A stretch of DNA of 64,000 nt from Chrysemys picta bellii. Lineage: Eukaryota. A model generated the notes under the pieces. That model worked only from the letters and a program-made list of their open reading frames with translations. It was not told where the DNA came from and made no database searches. A program made the position numbers and the translations under genes. This document shows, piece after piece, positions 58,495 through 64,000 of this stretch. The DNA is taken from contig NC_088798.1 of assembly GCF_011386835.1 (NCBI RefSeq), positions 54,560,001 to 54,624,000 of the forward strand. The letters are read 5' to 3'. Positions within the stretch are counted from its first letter, which is position 1, and every line of letters starts with the position of its first letter.

Positions 58495-61109
58495 CCCTCA
58501 TGAGTCAGGGCCCTGAGGACAGTCGCTGGGGGGAAATCACACAGATCCTCCCCATGCTTCGTGCGGTGCCAATCAGCACCTGGAGTGAAGATGAAACCAA
58601 ACTCCACTCTCCCCTCCCCTGGAAGAGCTCAGCACGGCCCAGCGCATGGGAGGGGGCTATGCCTGCACCTGCCTCTGCAGCAATCTCAGAGATGGTACCA
58701 AACTAGAGGCATTGCTGTTCCCAGATTTGTGCAGTTGTTACAGCAACGTGCAAATGCCTTGCTGTGCTACCCTGCGCTCACCACTGTGCCTGTATCGGGG
58801 AAAGTCCGAGGGTTCCTTTCCAATGCAGGGGGGGAGAACAAGATAAAATACAATCAATCCATTTTCCTTGACGTCAGGAGGCAATTTTGCTGTGTCACAG
58901 ATTTAATCATGTAGGATTCCAGGAAGCTCCTATAGCCCCAAGCTGTGACAGCTAAAATGAGAGTGATTTCAAACTGTTCTGAGTGAGATGCTCACTGCTT
59001 CATTTCAAAGTCTTTCATCACAAGAGGGAGCTAAAAAAACAAATACATTGATGCATTACTCCAAATAATAAGGAAGGTTGCCCGCCACCTGTCAGTAACA
59101 TTAAAACAAAACAAAACACACACACACACCCCAAACCACCTAAGGCCATGCTGCAGCCCCTGCTTCCTTCCAAGATACTCCCTGTAAGGGGGAGTAATCA
59201 TGTCCCTTCTTTCCCAAGTGCTCTAGAAAGGACCTCTCTTTGCCTTATTGAGGACTAGAGCTATTCCAGTTCCTTAATTCAGCTGTTTGCTTGGTTCTTC
59301 CTGCTGTCATTTTTCTACCCACCACCCCATTATTAGAAGAGTGGGCTTGTTCTACCCCCCGCCTCGCCCCGCCCACAGGCCCCGAAGTGCTATCTTTGTC
59401 TCCTTTCTGGGGAGATGAGTTAGTTCCCAGCTCTCTCACACATACCCACGCTTTGCTGCTGGCTTTCTCTTCCTTTCCTTGCCAGCTGGGAGAGTGAACT
59501 GTCTCTTCCTTCTTTGTGAGGAAGTACAATGTAGTGCAATTAGGGCCTGATTTTCATAGATCAGCATCCACAATAGGAGCCAGATTTCCAGGAGTTCAGT
59601 ACCCAACTCCATGTTGCTCACTCTTTTGATATTATCACGCATATCTCATGATATCTGGTGCTTTTCTTAAAGCTTCAGCTCCTGGAGTTCAGTGATTGTG
59701 TGAGAATCTCGGCTTTTTATTTTTAAGAATGTTTCTTTCCGCTCATAGTTGCAGAGAAAAGCATGAAAATATGAACCCAAAAGGCTCAAAAATCAGAACA
59801 CATATAAAGAGACGCAAAATGTATTTTTTTTAAAAAACCCTCATGATTTTAAAGAGAATATCATGATTGTTTGGGGCCCAATTTATGATTTTTGAGCACT
59901 TAGGGTGTTTGGTATGCTGAGCTCTTTGGAAAATCTGGCTACTTATTTGTGTGCCTGAATAGGAGCAGAACTTTTTTGAAAATCTGGCCCTTAGGGCCTG
60001 GCTCTGGACAGCAGGGGCTTGGTCTCTAGTCCCATATAAAAAAAAAAGGTTAAAATGGAGTTAAGATTAAAAGAATGTATTAGTAATTTAAGGTAAAAAA
60101 CTGTGCAACCTTTGGCAGGTCACTTAATCTCCTGTCCCTCAATTTCTCAATCTGAAATTTGGAGATAAAAACAGTACCTGCCATTGCCAGGCAGGTTTGT
60201 GTTTCTAAAGAACTTTGAGATCCCTGGCCAGATGATGCCACAGAAATGCAAAAAAAATTTACGAGTGTTTCTGTATCCCACACATCTCCTGAGGGTGGTG
60301 TTCTGTCCCCTCTAGTGGCACTGAGCCCACTTAGGGATTAACGAGTCTACTTTACAGGTTTAGCTAAAGACCAGCTGGCTTTTGGCTCATGCACTGAGGT
60401 CCCAGATTCAATTCTGCCTGCTGACGACCAGGGTCTGTTGGCATTACATTTCCTCCATCCCCTCCATTGCTACTGTGGACCCATCTTCTTCTTCTATGGG
60501 ATCCTGAAATGGGCAGCCTCTCCACTGTTTTTCCCTCCATCCTGGCTGCTGGGCAGGATTTAGTTCCTCCTAGCTTCTGCTATGAGATGGGGTAGGAAGG
60601 CAGTTCAACTTTGCCCTTTCCTACTAGCTGGTACACTTATATCAGGCATTCCTTGGCTTAAGCAGGGCACCAGTGAGAATATGTGTGGGAGAGGGAAGCT
60701 TCTCCAACCAGACTGCCAGATGTGCAAATTAAAAGAGTACTTGGGTCACCAAAGCTTCATCCCACCAAGAACAGACTGTGCATGATGTGGTAAATGAGTG
60801 ACTTTCTGCTAAGAGCTCTGAGGAGATTTAAGCCCATTGGAGAATCAGATTATCCATCCCCATATTTACTGCAGTCCTGGTTCTCTCCAACTCTCCTTTT
60901 ACATTCCCCTAACTCTCCCACAAACACACGGGTCAGTTCTGCATACATTCCCTATCCAAACCACCAGAGTAATTTGGGGCAGGTGACAGTTGGGGAGCAG
61001 AAAGTCTTCCTTTGAATCCTAAGTATCAGAGGGGTAGCTGTGTTAGTCTGGATCTGTAAAAAGTGACAAAGAGTCCTGTGGCACCTTATAGACTAACAGA
61101 CGTATTGGA

Positions 61110-61148
61110 GCATAAGCTTTCGTAGTGAATACCCACTTCGTCGGATGC
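61110..61148 (-). ncRNA. Hammerhead-like motif with variant core CCGACGA and damaged stem II
   Basis: Mirror position of 63158-63197; GCAU-CCGACGA-A-GUGGGUAUUCACUAC-GAAAGCUU-AUGC. Confidence 0.4.
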
Positions 61149-61301
61149 ATGTAGTGGAAGTTTCCAGAGGCAGGTATAAATATGCAGGCAAGAATCAGTC
61201 TAGAGATAACGAGGTTAGTTCAATCAGGGAGGATGAGACCCTCTTCTAGCAGTGGAGGTGTGAACACCAAGAGAGGAGAAACTGCTTTTGTAGTTGGCTA
61301 G

Positions 61302-62330
61302 TTATTCATAGTCTTTGTTTAATCCTGAGCTGATGGTGTCAAATTTGCAAATGAACTGAAACTCAGCAGTTTCTCTTTGAAGTCTGGTCCTGAAGTTTTT
61401 TTGCTGCAGGATGGCTACCTTTAAATCTGCTATTGTGTGTCCAGGGAGATGGAAGTGTTCTCCTACAGGTTTTTGTACATTGCCATTCCTAATATCTGAC
61501 TTGTGTCCATTTATCCTTTTACATAGGGACTGTCCAGTTTGGCCGATGTACATAGCAGAGGGGAATTGCTGGCACATGATGGCGTATATTACATTGGTGG
61601 ATGTGCAGGTGAATGAACTGGTGATGTTGTGGCTGATCTGGTTAGGTCCTGTGATGGTGTCATTGGTGTAGATATGTGGGCAGTGTTGGCATCGAGGTTT
61701 GTTGCATGGATTGGTTCCTGAGTTAGAGTTACTATGGTGCGGTGTGTGATTGCTGGTGAGAATATGCTTAAGGTTGGCGGGTTGTCTGTGGGCTAGGGTT
61801 GGCCTGCCTCCCAAGGCCTGTGGAAGCAAGGGATCATTGTCCAGGATGGGTTGTAGATCACTGATGATGCATTGGAGAGGTTTTAGCTGAGGACTGTAGG
61901 TGATGGCCAGTGGAGTTCTGTTGGATTCTTTCTTGGGCTTGTCTTGCAGCAGGAGGCTTCTGGGTACACGTCTGGCTCTGTTGATTTGTTTCCTTATTTC
62001 CTTGTGAGGGTATTGTAGTTTTGAGAATGCCTGGCGAAGATCTTGTAGGTGTTGGTCTCTGTCTGAGGGGTTGGAGCAAATGTGGTTGTATCTCAGCGCT
62101 TGGCTTTAGATGATGGATCATGGGGTGTGTCCGGGATGGAAGCTGGAGGCATGAAGGTAGGCATAGTGGTCGGTGGGTTTTCAGTATAGGGTGGTGTTAA
62201 TGTGACTGTCACTTATTTGTACCGTGGTGTCTAGGAAGGGACCTCCCATGTAGATTGGTCCAGGCTGAGGTTGATGGTGAAGTGGAAGCTGTTGAAATCA
62301 TTGTGGAATTCTTCCAGAGTCTCCTTCCCA
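61302..62330 (-). pseudogene. Penelope RT C-terminus plus GIY-YIG endonuclease, disrupted
   Basis: ORF 61302..61829: CNKPRCQHC, FTCTSTNVIYAIMC, MYIGQT, RINGH, PVGEHF, RETAE, GLNKD; upstream PFLDT, KPTD, QALRY with stops. Confidence 0.88.
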
Positions 62331-62490
62331 TGTAATATACTCCATCATGTGCCAGCAATTCCCCTCTGCTATGTACATCGGCCAAACTGGACAGTCCCTA
62401 CGTAAAAGGATAAATGGACACAAGTGAGATATTAGGAACGGCAATATATAAAAACCTGTAGGAGAACACTTCAATCTCCCTGGACACACA

Positions 62491-62864
62491 CAGGGCCGGC
62501 TTTAGGAAGTGTGGGGCCCTATTCGAACAGTTTCGAAGGGTCCCCGACAGGGATGACTAAAAAAAAAAATACGTAAAAAAACCACGTGGGGCTTGTACTC
62601 ACCGGGCTGCGCTCCTAGTCTTTGGCAGTGGGTCCTTCACTCGCTCCGGATCTTCGGTGGCACTGAAGGACCCGCCACCAAATTGCTGCCAAAGACCCGG
62701 AGCGCCGCCGGGTGAGTAAAAATTAAAAAGGCGCCTCTAGCCAGGGAAGGGATTCTCTGCCACTTGCCCTCCACTCTGGGCAGCCCTGCCACTGGGCCTG
62801 GGGCCCTCTTAGGCGCGGGGCCAATTTCGGGGGAACTGGTGGAATTGGCCTAAAGCTGGCTCTG
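62491..62864. mobile_element. hAT-type MITE (374 bp) inserted in the Penelope plus arm
   Basis: Perfect 8-bp TSD GACACACA; TIR CAGGGCCGGCTTTAGG vs CAGAGCCAGCTTTAGG (14/16). Confidence 0.92.
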
Positions 62865-63157
62865 GACACACAATAGCAGATTTAAAGGTAGCCATCCTGC
62901 AGCAAAAAAACTTCAGGACCAGACTTCAAAGAGAAACTGCTGAATTTCAGTTCATTTGCAAATTTGACACCATCAGTTTAGGATTAAACAAAGACTATGA
63001 ATGGCTAGCCAACTACTAAAGCAGTTTCTCCTCCCTTGGTGTTCACACCTCAACTGCTAGAAGAGGGCCTCATCCTCCCTGATTGAACTAACCTCGTTAT
63101 CTCTAGACTGATTCTTGCCTGCATATTTATACCTGCCTCTGGAAACTTCCACTACAT

Positions 63158-63197
63158 GCATCTGATGAAGTGGGTATTCACCCATGAAAGCTTATGC
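63158..63197 (+). ncRNA. Minimal hammerhead ribozyme motif with canonical CUGAUGA core
   Basis: GCAU-CUGAUGA-A-GUGGGU(AUUC)ACCCAU-GAAA-GC-UU-AUGC. Confidence 0.65.
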
Positions 63198-64000
63198 TCC
63201 AATACGACTTTGAATCTTAGACTCCAAAGCTGGGGATTCAGTCTATAACGTCTTTGCAGGGAGCCTCAGCTCTGCTTATAATGACATTCTGCAATGACAT
63301 CACAGGAAATAACAGCCAGTGTGACTGAGTAGCTGGGAGTTACCAATAGAAAAGGCTATAATTTAATCATCTTTTGTGGTGCTGGGTGGCTCAGGAGACT
63401 GGTAGTAGTGTCGGGCGTCTTTCACTTTTAGGATACCAGTTCAAATCCAGCACTAGTGACTGCAAGTTGATACTGTTTGATGGTGTAATAGGTGCTAGTG
63501 CAGGAGGAAAGAGAGTTTTATTGCTAAAGCACAGGGCTAACTGCTGGAATCTTCTGACTTATTCATTGACTTTGGGGGACTCCTTTAATTTCTATGTGCA
63601 TCAGTTTCTCCATCTGTAATATAAGGATATTAACTAGAGCTGGATGAAAAATGAGGATTCAATGGAATCAAAATGTTCTTTGTAAATGTGTCAATTCCAT
63701 TAAAACTTTTGACAGAAGCCAGACAGGGATTCCTGGCTCCTGGGACTGGCTAACTCCTTGGTTCTCATCTGGTGGGCTCTGTGCCCAAGAATCCCTGGCT
63801 TCCTGACTACCCACCCGGTGGCTTAGGGTCAGTCAGTTAGTGAGGCATTCAGGGAGCCTGTGACCTGAACAGGCCAGCAGCTTACTGGGGGGCAGCTAGG
63901 GAACCAGGCAGCCTGGAGATCCTGGGAAAAGTTTTTAAAAGGTCAAAACAAATTATTTCATTTTTTTCTCAACAAAATGTTGGAACTCCCATTCCATGAG

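Larger units (their letters stand above)
61022..63207. mobile_element. Penelope-like element, 5'-truncated with inverted 3' duplication
   Basis: Minus arm 61022-62330 (RT thumb, GIY-YIG, pLTR); plus arm 62331-63206 repeats GIY-YIG to pLTR; 12-bp flanks CTTTGAATCCTA / CTTTGAATCTTA. Confidence 0.92.

Noticed and set aside
57311-58914. Many overlapping 120-180 aa Pro/Ala/Arg-rich ORFs
   Set aside because: Expected from stop-codon scarcity in a CpG island; only the 29-nt SMG7 exon has splice and homology support.
60305-60322. CTCF-like core GCCACTAGAGGGGAC (minus); a weaker one near 13497-13515
   Set aside because: Mismatched at the conserved GGC end and apparently within repeat-derived sequence; single motif hits are not predictive.
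58500-64000. Looked for a head-to-head neighbour gene (NMNAT2 in recalled human synteny)
   Set aside because: No matching exon seen; the region is explained by repeats.

Overview
Vertebrate genomic DNA, very probably turtle (inferred from a tortoise PolIII/CR1-tailed SINE plus abundant Harbinger, hAT, DIRS and Penelope families). The window holds the 5' half of SMG7, the NMD factor, on the minus strand. Nine coding exons are resolved with GT-AG boundaries (57647-57675, 18724-18755, 17538-17655, 15693-15825, 7601-7772, 6524-6595, 5287-5437, 4716-4851, 334-496). They total 1006 nt in one continuous frame, and the gene continues past the left edge. A CpG-island promoter lies at about 57.5-58.3 kb with YY1, TCTCGCGAGA, ETS, GC-box and X-box motifs. 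The 38.9-kb first intron and the flanks are packed with decayed or non-autonomous transposons: CR1, L2, RTE, DIRS, Penelope, Harbinger, hAT and Tigger, several nested and many with intact TSDs. No other intact protein-coding gene, tRNA/rRNA gene or CRISPR array was seen. Highlights: (1) minimal hammerhead-ribozyme motifs in Penelope termini, including a 223-bp palindromic mini-element carrying one on each strand inside SMG7 intron 1; (2) several sequence features that could make SMG7 mRNA itself an NMD target (a strong-Kozak uORF, candidate poison exons, a competing donor); (3) an unexplained exact 22-nt direct repeat bracketing exons 6-7; (4) a three-level transposon nest. TE family names and protein comparisons are from recalled motifs, not database searches.
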